DNA of 63,067 nt, counting the filler, from Bigelowiella natans CCMP2755 (Eukaryota; Protista; Cercozoa): the NCBI GenBank assembly GCA_000320545.1. It is 7 parts of 7 records of this genome, joined end to end, with 100 filler letters (N's around TTAATTAATTAA, not from the genome) between each part and the next. Parts side by side here need not be neighbours in the genome. Positions count along the whole stretch, not along the records: positions 1 to 22,361 come from ADNK01001455.1; 6 more parts are not named here. One strand, written 5' to 3'. The notes beneath the pieces were generated by a model. That model did no database searches. It was not told the origin of the DNA and saw only the letters and a program-made list of their open reading frames with translations. The translations under genes were made by a program, and so were the position numbers. This document shows, piece after piece, positions 1 through 12,472 of the stretch; positions within the stretch are counted from its first letter, which is position 1; each line of letters begins with the position of its first letter.

Positions 1-67
1 GCAGCGCATTATAGGTCGATAGAGTCGTTTCCATCAGATCATCCCACTTTCCTCATTCTATAGATCA

Positions 68-583
68 TCATCCGAGGTTTATCGTCGAGAAATTTTGATA
101 ATACATCTGCCGCCAATCAGCGAAATATCCACCCCCCCCCCTCCCCTTGCCTACTATCATTCCTACTACCTTGACAGCGAGGTTGAGCAGGGTCTTCAGC
201 ACGCTTTCATAGATGACACCTGCTTCCACACGTGTCTCCATCTCGACCAGCTCAGAGAAGAAGGGACCTTCTTCTTTTTCCTCCTCATAAGGAGCATCAG
301 CATCACCGCCGGCCTCTTCCTCAGCGAGATTATCCCCTGGGTTATCTTCCTCATCGTTGTAGAGTTGCCCCCCCCGTGCATTATTCTCTTCCCCCCGCCA
401 GGTCCCCTCCTCCATGCTCGTAAATATGAACAGTCTCTCGCTTGTCAGTCGGCGAGCTTCCGCCTCCTCTTCGTCGCCATCTCCTCCGTGATCTCCTGTC
501 ATATTTTGTGGCCCGCTACTGCAGCGTGACGATGAGGTTAGTGTGTGGGCTCGATGGGGATGGGGCGATGTCAAACTGGCCAC
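68..583 (-). CDS. Possible acidic hypothetical protein or 3' part of a gene
   Basis: 171-aa ORF with an E/D-rich segment followed by a helical-looking segment (FSELVEMETRVEAGVIYESVLKTLLNLAVK), plus a plausible in-frame GT..AG intron near 108-170. No family recognised. Confidence 0.3.
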   Translation of the reverse strand: MASLTSPHPHRAHTLTSSSRCSSGPQNMTGDHGGDGDEEEAEARRLTSERLFIFTSMEEGTWRGEENNARGGQLYNDEEDNPGDNLAEEEAGGDADAPYEEEKEEGPFFSELVEMETRVEAGVIYESVLKTLLNLAVKVVGMIVGKGRGGGGYFADWRQMYYQNFSTINLG

Positions 584-2364
584 ACCGACTACGACGACAA
601 CGACAACGACGACGAACTACAATAATTAAGACTGTGCTGAGCAGCCCCTCCTCCCTTCGTTCTACTCGCACGCACCTGAACCTGCTATTATCTGTAGCTG
701 CTGTTGGGTATGGGAGAAGTAGGTCGCAAGCATGCTCGAGCATTTGTTTCTGCGATGAGCACAGACCCCTTCCCCCTCCTCCCCCTCTCCTTGGCATGGG
801 GTATCGAACCTGCATTGGGATCAAAATCGAAGAGGGATGTTGGCAGTGCAATAGGGCTAAGATCGGTCCTCTCCCCTCCCTTTGCCTCACATGAGAATAC
901 TGAATCTGCCGTGGAGTGCAGCAAGGAGCACGCTCGTTTCCATGCATTGAGATGTGTCCGTATTAATAGATTTAAATATGTTGGTTCGCTCGCGCCTACT
1001 CACTACCACAGCCCAAGCAGGGAGGCGATCTGCGCTGCAAGTCCCCGGTACAGCCGCCTTTGCCTTGTCGTACGTTCCATGGAGATGGAGAAGAGGGGGG
1101 GGGGAATCGGAATATCAACCTCTTATGAGAATCAAAACAACTATCTGGTTCCTTGAGTGACTTTTACATAAATAAATATCTAGTGAAGCGCACATTTATT
1201 TATGACAGCAGTATTCGCCGCTATTATTTTGTCGATCAGTATATGAATATTCGCTGCGTTCTGCTGCATTTTACCACGCTTGCAAGGCTGAGGGGGGACA
1301 CGGTGCTTGAGGAAGGACACATGATTTCACTTCTGAATTAATCGTCAACAAGCACATTGGTCGGTATAATTCACATGAGATCAATCGTATCGGCCGTGAG
1401 AAGGAAAACACTCTGACCTGCCGTCTTTCCCCCACATGTCCAAATCGGCTGTATTTCAACAAAATGCAGGTTTAGACACGGATCAATAACCGGGGTCCAA
1501 GTATAATGATCAAAAATATCTTGCGAGTAGTACAGTTGAGGCAGAAGAGCAGTAGGGCCATGCAGGAAAAATCGGACCTCGACGACACCCTTCGGATCAT
1601 AACAAAAACCAGTCATTTAGCCGGGTAGGAGAGAGATTATTTTGTTACATTCCCAGACCTGTGCACAGTCCTCGTATCCACAAATGCAGGCCGATGCGGC
1701 CACATCATGCCCTCATCCTCCCCCCACCCGCTATCTTCCCCCCTCTCCCCAGGGTTCCCCATGCCCAGGAAGAAGCAGCAGCAGCAGCAGGCAGCAACAA
1801 ACAAGGGCGCAGATAGAATTCAAAACTTCGAAATTTCGATGATGGAAATTGGCCACCACGCCCCGGTAGAAACGGCGCGATATAGTTTAGTTTTCTTCCT
1901 GAATAGCCCTGGTTTTCCCCCTGCGACAAGGTACATTCGTACGACCGAAATAATGCAAGATTCTTCTCATTTTCTTTGTGCGACACAAGACGATGTGGGT
2001 TGTCGCAAGGCCAAAACGGAACGAACGTATTGCCTCATTGCCCGAATCGAAAGGGTACCTCAGATGCACCCTGGATTTGCACAGATTCGCTTGATGACAC
2101 AGCAAAAGTCCCCCGAGACCCTGAGAAACTGCTTTACCATACAAAATTGTGCTTATTTGGGGCTGAATTTTGGAGACGTAGGCATGATTACAGTTGCCCA
2201 CAGTGCCCTTTTTGCCTAACTTAGTGCCGAGCACGCGCTTTGCGGGGAACTCCTCTTCCGATGCTCCTACCTTTTGCCGGACTTCGCAGGAGAATTTCTC
2301 TTGATATGCACTGGTTGGGATGTCGTCGAGCTAATGATCCCGACCCACATTGAAGAAGCATAGA

Positions 2365-3787
2365 ATGAATGGTGGGAGGCTCCTGGACGGAGTTCTCATC
2401 GCTGCGTCGTTGGTTCTCATCTCCATCTCTGCATGGAAGCTGTATGCAAAAGGAAAGCCTTTCTCTGAACTCAAAACGCAGAAGAGATTCTTTTGGTCGG
2501 TAGAGTACTAAGTCTGTAATGTTTCTGGTTGCCAGAATAGTCGTTTATTCTCAATTTTGGTTTTGTTCTTTGACTTCGAAGGGGAATCATCTTTGCGAAC
2601 ATTGGTGGGATCCTCATCTCCCTCGTAATTCCACGAGGCCCATTTCCAGCTCCATGGCAAGTTGTGCGGATTGCAATTTCTTACTCATTGGTACCGCTCA
2701 CTTCTCCAACCGTCTCAAAACAAACAAGCGCTCTGATGTAAAAATACTGGTAGGCATGGGTGACTACGTTGACGATCTACACCGTGCAGGTCCTCACACA
2801 AGCAAGATATGGAATTTTCCACCATGCCCAAGGGCTTCCATGGAGCTATCACGCAACCTTCAAAGGCTTCATAGTCTATAACATCCTCGGATCTGTCATT
2901 TCGAGCATAAGTAAGTTATGTATTCTCAACCTTGAGCCAAAATTCACATTTTCATGCGCATTCTTGTTCGCCAATAGAGATCACCGTTATTTATTCTAGG
3001 TGTTCTCGCGACGAACAGAGAAAAGTATCTTTCCATCGAATATGCCACGAGCGCGGCCCTGACTCCAGTCATCACTGCCTATTTCGTCTGGCAAAACATG
3101 CATCTCCTCCGAAAACTCAGAGATCATGTGACAGATCTCCGGGACGTTATGAATGCTGAGAGCCAGAGGCTTGAGGAGAAAAAAACGACGGTCAGCAGCG
3201 TTGAGATGCATCGTTTTGGAAATAGCATCAACAAGGACAAATTAGTTCCACCCAGCCGGTTTTTGGGCGCCATGACACCAACCAGCAGCAATACTAGGAT
3301 AGCTATTGGAGGGAAACAATCGCCCAGACCTACGAGTCCAACCACGCCAAGGAGCTTTGCTGCAAGTATCAGCGTGACTAATTCCACAGAGAGAAGCGGT
3401 GAACAGCAAGGCATTAAAAATTTCAAGGGCCGGGGAGACGACCGTATTCCCGATAGCACCACCCAGTCGAAGTTGCCTACAAATAATAAAATAGCGAATC
3501 TGGAGAATTTAATTACAAAGGTTAAGTTCTCGTTGGCAGCGTTCCCTATCATCGCATTCATCATTACTATCTTAGGCATCATGGTCGCATACGAGACTGC
3601 GAAAAGCGATAGAAGGTTTTCGGAGCTCATAGATGAGTCATTCTCAGAACCCCCACAGATCGCCACGGAGGCTGGAAGAGTGTTGTCTTTGTATGCTGTG
3701 GCACACATGTTGTACCATTTTGGAGGTCCTTGGAAGTGCGATTGTTGGCGCGACGATGAAACAAATGACCAAACTCATGATGGTTAA
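2365..3787 (+). CDS. Seven-transmembrane (GPCR-like) membrane protein, 4 exons
   Basis: Exons 2365-2495, 2582-2690, 2754-2910 and 3000-3787 join through GT-AG introns in one frame. Seven hydrophobic segments (GVLIAASLVLISISAW; FFWGIIFANIGGILISLVI; VVRIAISYSLAWVTTLTIYTV; FIVYNILGSVISSISVLA; YATSAALTPVITAYFVW; FSLAAFPIIAFIITILGIMVAY; VLSLYAVAHMLYHF), with a long S/T/P-rich loop between TM5 and TM6. Confidence 0.75.
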
Positions 3788-4126
3788 CATGCGACGACGT
3801 TACATCGTTTCTAGCTCTTCTCCCGCAGCAATGGAACAAATTGATTAAAAAAATAATTTACTTTTTTTAGTTTACCATGCTAATGCATTATTCATTAGAA
3901 AACAAGTACATTCAAATGACTATAATGTTAGCAATGACTAGATGACACTAGCATTTGTAGTTTGTTGCATTCAAAAATGTTGCACAATGCACCAAAAAGA
4001 CAATTGAGAAATCTGGGTAATTAATTTAGAAGGAAAGATTCCGGCTTACATCAAATTTCATGTGATTCCAAAACTTGAAGAGAACTAATTGTTGATTCTA
4101 AACGCTATTTTCGGCCAGCTGATGTA

Positions 4127-5247
4127 GATGAAGTGTCCCTCAGGCATCTAGGCATGCACATCTAAGTGAACATGGAATCAAATTGATCATCCTCCTTTCA
4201 TCACGAACAAGCAATGATGCAACAATGTGCACGTGGCCGAGCTGCCACACAGCAAGGTCGTGATTGGGACATCTTGCTAGCTTGGCACGCTTGCTTGATG
4301 CATCAAATCAACACATCAAACACAATCAAGCTAAAATGCAAACAGGCGATCGAGCAGCTTTTGTGCTCATTTTCTGGTGTCGTCTCAGTGCAACAACGAT
4401 GAGAAACTCATCTGCCCAACCATGTGATAATTGTGCTCATTGCATCAGCTGCGGGTGCGAATCAAATGTGAACATCTTGACTTCCGCCTTGCATGCGCAC
4501 ATGTTGCTGTGCTGCGCCGCGGCCTGTGTTCACATGCATCAATGTGGGCTGTCAACGACCCGATGTGCAATGCTGGCGGAATGTCATGTTGACAGCATGA
4601 AAGACATGAAAGATGAAGGTTGCACATCTAGACATGCTAGCATGCGACATGGATCACGTTGCATGACACTCCATTGTCACATGTCAGAACCCAGCTAGCC
4701 CAGCTAGCCAGATCTGGCTAGCTGGACACAGCCCAGCCTGCAGACCCAGTCCAGCTAGCTAGCAGTTCTGGAGCTCGCAAGCTGGCTGAAGTGAACTTGT
4801 GACCACTCTAGCACTTGTCAAACTTGTTGTGCACACTTTTTCACGCTCGCTTGTGAGTGCTGACGTGACGTGGCTTCGTTTCACGCACGATGCATCATGA
4901 CGATGGATCACCTTCCTGAGCAGGCTAGCAGGTCCAATCTGGAGGTGTGACGTGCAGACGTCTGCTGCATTGAAATCAAAGATTCAAGATTCGAGCACAT
5001 TCGATCACGTGAATGAATGAATGAATGAATGAATCGGTTCGTCAGGAGCGGTTGAAAGGATCAAAAGTCACGCTCACACATCTAGACATCGCACAGCCCA
5101 AAAAAGTCATCGGCGCGAGTCCGGTGGAACCTAGGAACCTCATTCTTTCCGCCACGTCGTTCCTTCGAAATGACATGCGAATCAGGCAAAGGTGCTCACT
5201 TTGCCAAATTTCCATCAATTTCTGGCCTAAACGGTTGTCGCATGGTG
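4127..5247. other. Non-coding tract depleted of TAY/RTA trinucleotides (candidate hypermutated region)
   Basis: Manual scan finds no TAC, TAT or GTA and one ATA (4427). The surviving TA dinucleotides are about 13 CTAG and 3 CTAA. CpG remains common. Confidence 0.85.
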
Positions 5248-5341
5248 ATAAATACAGGGGGGTTTTGACACCGAGGATCAAATTTCGCCCGAACGGCCAA
5301 GTCTTCCCACCCCCTCGAGACCGACGGAATCCGGGTTCACG

Positions 5342-8300
5342 ATGCTCTCGGTGGAGCTCGCGAAGTCCGGAAGGGCGAAATGTCGAGCAACGCAGCAGGT
5401 ACATGGCTATCTACCCCAAATCGCCCACTCTTTCGATCCGCCTATCCGCGCGTTGAGGACACTTCGTGTATGATGTAAACACCTTCATGCAAACATGTCA
5501 GAAAATCGGTAAGGGAGAGGTCAGGGTCGGCAAAGAGGTCCCAAATGTGTACACAGGTCGCCGTAATTTCGTTAAATCCTGCGAATTAACATTTGAGTTT
5601 GACTTGAATCTGCTCCTTGTTGAAGGAGTCGGAACGACCACTCAATGGTACAGCTTGGCAGGTATGTCTTCATGAGGGAGAGGGTGTGTGGAATTGAATG
5701 AGATGTGCGATGACACTGTGAACATTAGGGACCGAACAGATGATTCGAACTGGGAGGATGTCAATCTCTTCAGCAAAATCGCTCACGGGATTTCAACGAT
5801 TAAGTGCCTCTAACAAGAAGCTGGTGAACGACATGCTGGCACGAGCAAAGGGAGGGCCAGGAGGAGATGCAAATTCAACCAAATTCCCTAGCTCTCCAGC
5901 CAAAAGCAGTACCAAAGGGGGGGGGGCACAGAGTGCGAAGATGTCAGAAGAAGACGCAAAAGCTGTCCTACAAGGTCTCAAGAGCAGCGGAAAGACACAA
6001 CGAGGCACATTAGCGACGTGGATGGAAGGGGAGCCTCTTGAGCAGGGCATTTCATGCATTGAATACGCTCGGGTGAAGAAACCCTCCAACTGCAAACTGT
6101 GCTACTCGAGGATTGCGCAGGGAGATATCCGCGTCGGCGACCGACAGCCGAGCCAGTTCTACTACGGGATGCAGACTCGATGGCTGTGCTTCACGTGCGC
6201 GAAAGGGAACATCAGCCGATTGTCACAGCTTATGAACTGGGACAGAATGGGGTACGATGTCTCTAATGAGATCCGTGCCAAAACGAATGAGCTGATGAGT
6301 CCTGAGAAGGAAGCGGCGCTCGAAGCCTTGATGGTGCCTGTCAACGAGCTTTGGGACATTCTTCTGGCCGAAGTTCTGTTGGACGAGTTCATCCAGCTCC
6401 TCGATCTCAATGGCATCAGTGCGACCGCCCTGCGCATCGAGAAGCGGTCCATCGACATGGCTCTCCTGGTAGCGGACGCCATCCTGAACGGCTTGTGCGA
6501 GGACTGCCCCGTGTGCAAGTCCGCCGGGCTGCTCGGCCTCTCAGGAAGGGTCGTGTGCTGGGGGTTCCTTGGCGGATTCACCAAATGCGTGTTCCGATCG
6601 GACCTCGACTCGGTCGAGAGATGCATGTTCCGTGTGCCTGCGGACATGGCCGCGGCCGAGTGGATGGGGGCGTGGCTGCGGGGCGCCAAGGCGCACTGCA
6701 TGGTGGTGGACGACGCCGCTCCTCCGCTCTTCGGCAACCGGGAGAAAAAGGCGAAGAAGAAAAAGAAGAAAAAAGGCAAGAAAGCTCCGGAAGGGGACGG
6801 GGAGGGGGGGGGGGGGGGGGAGTTGGGGGACGATGAAATCCAGGGATTTGAGCTCAGTGTACTTAACAAACTGAAGAAGAAAGAGCTAGTGGCACTTGCA
6901 GCGCTGCGAGGGCTCGAGGCTAAAGGGACGATGCCGGTAATTCGTGCAGCCATGAGGGAGAGCATGCTCGGAGAACCCGGCAAAGCGTTCACCGACGTCC
7001 TCCCAGAGCTCTCTTCCGCGACCACGGGAACGGTCATGAAGCTGGAGTGCAGGCTGAGGGGCATAAAGGCAAAGAGCGCGAAGGCGAAGATCATGTCGCA
7101 GCTAGAGTCGCACCATCAGGAGCTAGTTGATCTTGCAGCTACCGCAGTGAGGAATTCTACGGCCATGGAGGTGGACGGGGGGGAGGCGAGGGCGACAGCC
7201 CAGCCCTCCTCATCCTCCTCGTCTTCTCGCAAACGTAGGAAAGGCGCCGGAGGAGACCCCATCACCTCCAAGGCCAAACGTCTGAAGCTGAAGGCTGTGG
7301 CGAACGCGGAAGGAAAGGACTCGAAAACGAAGAAAGAGAAGAATATGAAGAAGAGCGAGAAGAAGGAGAAGAGAGAGACGCTGCCCCGCCCCCAAGCGGG
7401 CTCCCCGATCTTGGAGGTGCATTCGAGATACCCTTACTCGTACAATAAGCCGAGCATTCTCGTCAGTGCCGACGGTCAGGACGTCTACAACGCGGTCATG
7501 TCGGAGGTGTCACTGGGCACGGGCATCAACCGCTTCTACGTCGTGCAGCTTCTCAAGGTGAGGGGCGGCGGATTCGAGATCTTCTGCCACTGGGGGAGGA
7601 CAGGCTCGCAGGGGGCGGAGTGGGCGTTCGCGTCCTCTCGCTCCGACTTCAACATCTACTCGTATAGCAGCCGCAGCAGAGCGGTCTCGGAATTCAAGAA
7701 GTGGTTCTACAAGAAGACCAATAACGAGTGGGACGAGAGGCATGATTTCGAGCAGAAACCTCAATGTAAGAACGATAGCCCGCAAGCATGCACACGCGTA
7801 CTCGCATAGTAGCACGAAGCTACAACACACACGCACGCACCTGAGTCTCTCCCCCTCCCCCCTCCCCCCTCCCCCTTTAAAGCATACAAAGAAATTCAAC
7901 GACGTTCTCACTGCACACGCTCTCGCTTCTCTATCATGTCTCCACTGCCTCTCTCATATATCCTCCTCCTGCTGCTGCTGCTGCCGCCTCATCAACAGGC
8001 TACTACTACGGGGAACTGAGCCGAGAGAACAAGAAAGCGATCGCAAATAGGATGATCGCTTCCAAACATGGCGAGGAGGCCGCTGAGATCGAAGAGTCTA
8101 CGTTACCACCAGAGACGCAAGAACTTGTGGAGCTGCTGTTTGATGAGGATACAATCATCGGCAGCATGAAGGAATCAGGAGTCAAAGTCGATGAGATGCC
8201 GCTCGGTGCGGTGACTCTCGCCAGGATTCAAGCAGGCAGCGATACCCTGCAGCAGATACGCCTGCTCCTTGAGAGCAAGGAGCAGCAGGGGGGGGGCGCC

Positions 8301-9236
8301 GCTGCTACCGGCCAATTCGATGAGCGAGTGTTCCTGTCGCAGCTCAAGATGCTCACGACAATGTTCTACAACCAGATCCCAGCGGTGGATCCTGCATTGA
8401 TTGGCAACCAAGAGATCTTGCAGAAGAAAGCTGACCAGGTCAACCTCCTCAACGACATCGCCATGGGGCAGAACCTGCTGAAATCAAAGGCCAGGGCTAC
8501 GAGAGCGAGCGGCGGCAGCGGTGCGGCGGTGAAGATCGAGCACCCGACCGACGGCAAGTACAAGTCTCTGAAGTGCGACATGAGGGTCCTCCCCAAGGCC
8601 TCCGCCAAGTGGAAGGTCATCAGCGAGTACCTCAACAACACCGTAAAGCCCCCTCCAAACGCCTTCCTCAGCGGGTCGCGCTACGGGAAGAAACCCCAAA
8701 TCCTGGAGATCTTCGAGGTCGGCCGGGAGGGGGAGGCGGAGCGCTTCTCCGAGCACAAGGGGCTGGGGAACCGCAAGCTGCTTTGGCACGGGACCAACAT
8801 CGCCGTGGTGGCGGCCATCCTCGCGAGCGGGCTCCGCATCATGCCGAATGCTGGCGGCCGGGTGGGGCGCGGCCTGTACTTCGCTGCCGAGATGAACAAG
8901 TCCGCCTACTACGTGAGCGCCTCAGAGAAGTGCGGGACGGGGATTATGTTTCTGGCTGAGGTCGCGATGGGGAAGGAGTTCCACATCACGAAGGAGCGGC
9001 ACAGCCTGCGCAAGGCGCCGAAGGGCTACGATTCCGTTGTCGCGCAGGGTAAGTTCGACCCGGATCCTGCCGGGGACGAGACCTTCCTGCTGGACGGCCG
9101 CGAGGTGACGGTGCCGACGGGGAAGCCGAAGCCGCGGGCCCAGTACGCCGACTCCAACTTCCAACAGAGCGAGTATCTCATTTACAAAGAGAGCCAGTGC
9201 CAGCTTCGATACATGATTAAACTCAAAATGACGTAG
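5342..9236 (+). CDS. PARP: Poly(ADP-ribose) polymerase: zf-PARP x2, PADR1, SAP-like x2, WGR, regulatory and catalytic (H-Y-E) domains; catalytic domain PARP3-like
   Basis: Exons 5342-5398, 5502-5556, 5626-5661, 5729-7765, 7999-9236. Motifs: VELAKSGRAKC..KIGKGEVRVG (ZnF1), EYARVKKPSNCKLC..WLCFTC (ZnF2), CPVC..VCWGFLGGFTKC (PADR1), NRFYVVQLL..HWGRTG (WGR), LLWHGTNIAVVAAILASGLRIMPNAGGRVGRGLYFA and FQQSEYLIY (catalytic). Confidence 0.95.
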
Positions 9237-10026
9237 TAGTGCTGTTGCTGCATGCAGGGATGAAGACTGATGCGATTGCTAGCGTGGCTCCGGCACGTAC
9301 ATCGTAGTCGACATATATGCTATGTGCGGGTAGCATCTCCTGCGCTCACGCACGTTCGTGGAGCAGTGTGCGCTTGCAGCGCGCTATCTAGCTATGACAA
9401 TGTAGCTAGCTAGCTAGGCATTTGTACGCAGTCTAGCAGTTATGAATGCTAAAATGGTACATGTCATGATGAATGCTGCTATGAGATTATTATATAAGAC
9501 GGATGTGATGAAATGTTTAATTTTTTTCAGTTGTCATCCTAATGTAGCTGTGCAATGGAGATTATAGACATAGTAACATAATACGGACGCTCTTGTCTTG
9601 TTGCTGTAGCACACTAGGTGCGCTACTCAGCGGCGCTGAATAACGACCCAAATGCCCAGCTAGATAGGTTGCCACAACTCACAAATGCACATGCATGCGC
9701 ATGCTCTACTGACAGGCTTGCACACATTGTTTCCTTTGTTCATAATGAATGGCAACAACAGTTCCAGATGCAGTTCGGACGCAACTCAACGTCTGTAACA
9801 ATGCGCGCACTCATAGACGACATCGCCTTCTAAATTAGACCACCAGCTTTCAGCTTTGCCGAGATATCTTCCCCAAATTTGTGGCCCTTGAGCATCACCT
9901 AGTTGATACATGTTGTAAGGGGTATGTATGCACACGCATTGTGCTCCCATCTCGAGCGATGAGACGTCTCTACAACAAGTGAATCGAATATACACGCAGC
10001 GTGCGTGTCTTCATAGAAGCTTCCTT

Positions 10027-12434
10027 CTACGCATCATCGACCACCTTCAGCGATTCGGGGTCATCGCCTTCCAACATCCGAACAGCCTCTTGCGCTCCTG
10101 AGTGTAAAAGTCATTTCTCGGTTCGCAAACACAATCACTGGGCCGAGCTGGTTGGGACTCTACCCTTCTCTCCGACCGCGTTAAACGACAGGTTCAAGTG
10201 GACAAACGCCTAAGGGAAAATAAGGGAATCATGCCTCGAGCGATTGAGGGGGGGAGGGAATGGTGATAAGAATCCGACCTTCGCCCCCTTCTTTCCCTTT
10301 TTTCCACCTGCCTCCGGCGGAGAGAGCTCCTACGATGATGGTGAGTTATTTACAACATATAACCCGGAATACGGAAGCAGAAGAAGCAACGAAGAAGGAT
10401 CTCGATGGCACACTCGGGTTTTGACGCATCATCATCATCATCATCATCATCTTCACCACCCACTTCACAGCATTCGAGCGGCGAGGGAGGCGGTTATGGC
10501 GAGAAGCATCATACACAATTACAGTTAAAAGAGCGACGGCGTCGTCGTCTCCGATACGGTTTCTGCTGAGATCCAGCGCAGTAAGCGTCGTGTTACCCTG
10601 AGCAGTACATCAGCGGCACCAGACGTGAGAAACAAATGCGTGGATATGATGGGGTGAGGGTCTTTCTCTGTCTTCATCGCCGAACAGCGACCGACCTTCA
10701 TCGCTGCGGAGAAGGCCTGGATAGACTCAGAGCCCAGGTCGTTCTTGCTCATGTTAAGCGCCAGCAGCTTTCCGTTCGACTGAAGATCAGGAACAACAAT
10801 AAGAAGAAGGAGAAGAAGATATTATGTCTCTTTCAGCGTACTTTTGTTTTCTCTCTTCATTCCGTTTCCCGCCTCTGTTTCTCGCCCAATATCTATCATC
10901 CTACCCCCCCCCCTATCCCCGTCTTTCTTCCCCCCCTCCAGCGTTTCTTTCCGTGTCGCTCTTTCCCTTCCCCTCCATACCTTGAGGGAGGAGAGCAGTT
11001 TCGCTGCGTCTTCGTCGCGAATTCCGTTGGATTGCAAAGACAGCGTCAAGAGAGGACTCTTGCCCTCGACCTGCAAAGATATTGAAAAATGGCGAATCAG
11101 CCTTAGCTCCTATTCAAGCATCTGCTCGCATTGTCCCGCCTAACCGCCATCCTCTCCCCCCCCCGCCCCTTTTGTTTCTTCTTCCCCCGTTAGCATGCAC
11201 CAATTTCGCGAAGAGCGCTCCGTCCTCGAGCGGATTCTCCTCCAGAGTCAAGTTCTCAATCTGGCTTACATTCAGGAGCTACGGGTAAGAAGGGGGGGGG
11301 GGGGGGTCAGGAGGAGCAGAGATGAAGGGAAGAAATCAGTTTAAGAGAGTAGTATGTTGTCGAGAGACGATGATACACTCTGACGTTATAACGTGTATTT
11401 GGTCCCCACCTGAACAAGCTCTTCAAATACAGATGAGGTAATACCGCAATTCCATAGCCTGAAAGTCGGTGCAATCGTCATCAACGCAGCCCCCTCCTCA
11501 TCATCATCATCACAAAGCATCATCATCATCCTGTATTGCTGACCTCAACGTCCTGAGGGTGCTGTCTGGAACAGCCATCTTGAGAGCGAGAACCGTTCCC
11601 TGCCAAGTAATGAGTAAATATTCAGAATAATCACGAGTCTCCCCACGTCGTTCTTTACGGATACACACACACACACACACACAGACACACATATTTATTT
11701 ATATTTATATACACATTTACTTATATTTATTTACGTATGTATATAAATATATATATTATATTATATTTACATTTCACAAACCTTATCTAAAGCCATTCCA
11801 GTTATCCGAATCTCTCTTACTTCAGGAACAAGCTTCTCCTCCTCCTCCCCCTCATCCTCCTCCCCCTCATCCTTCTTCCCCTCCTCCTTCTTCCCCTCCT
11901 CCTTCTCCGCCTCTTCTCCTTCCTCAACCTTAGCTTCCTCCTCTTTCTTTTCCTGGGAACCGAAGCAAGTTGTGTGTGTGCGTGTGTGTATTATTTTGAG
12001 GGAAGAATAGAGTAGCGTGTGGCATGCTCTTTCGGAATCGCCAAACAAAAAGTCATCGAGGACCACGTGCTGTTCTGAACCCATCCCCCGACACATCTGT
12101 CCTCTCGTACTCTCACCTCGTTCTCAGGTCTACGTTTCAAGGAGGGGAAGCCTTCTTCTATGTTCTGAAGAAATAGAAGGAATCGGCATTGAGTTCTTGG
12201 GGGACGGGCATAAAAAGCTGATCAGAATCCGAGGAGGACACGTTAAACTGGCGAAGAAAACGAATAGAAAACAAAAGGAGGAGGAGGGGGCGGAGGAAAA
12301 GTGGAAGGGCAGACAAAAAGCCGGATGCGCGTGGTGTGCAGAACCTCTGGATCCACCATTTTGTAATCGGGATCTATCGCAAGCATGATGTGGGGGTGCG
12401 TGTTTATCCGTAGGACACTGCATGCTTCCTGTTG

Positions 12435-12472
<38 letters not shown>

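Noticed and set aside
700-2330. Several 60-170 aa ORFs between the first ORF and the 7-TM gene
   Set aside because: No motif and no consistent splice chain that I could build. A divergent gene cannot be excluded.
6162-7094. 310-aa antisense ORF inside PARP, and similar shadow ORFs in GLYCTK, SPT6, the 7-TM gene and the RING gene
   Set aside because: Expected shadows of coding exons, with no recognisable motifs.
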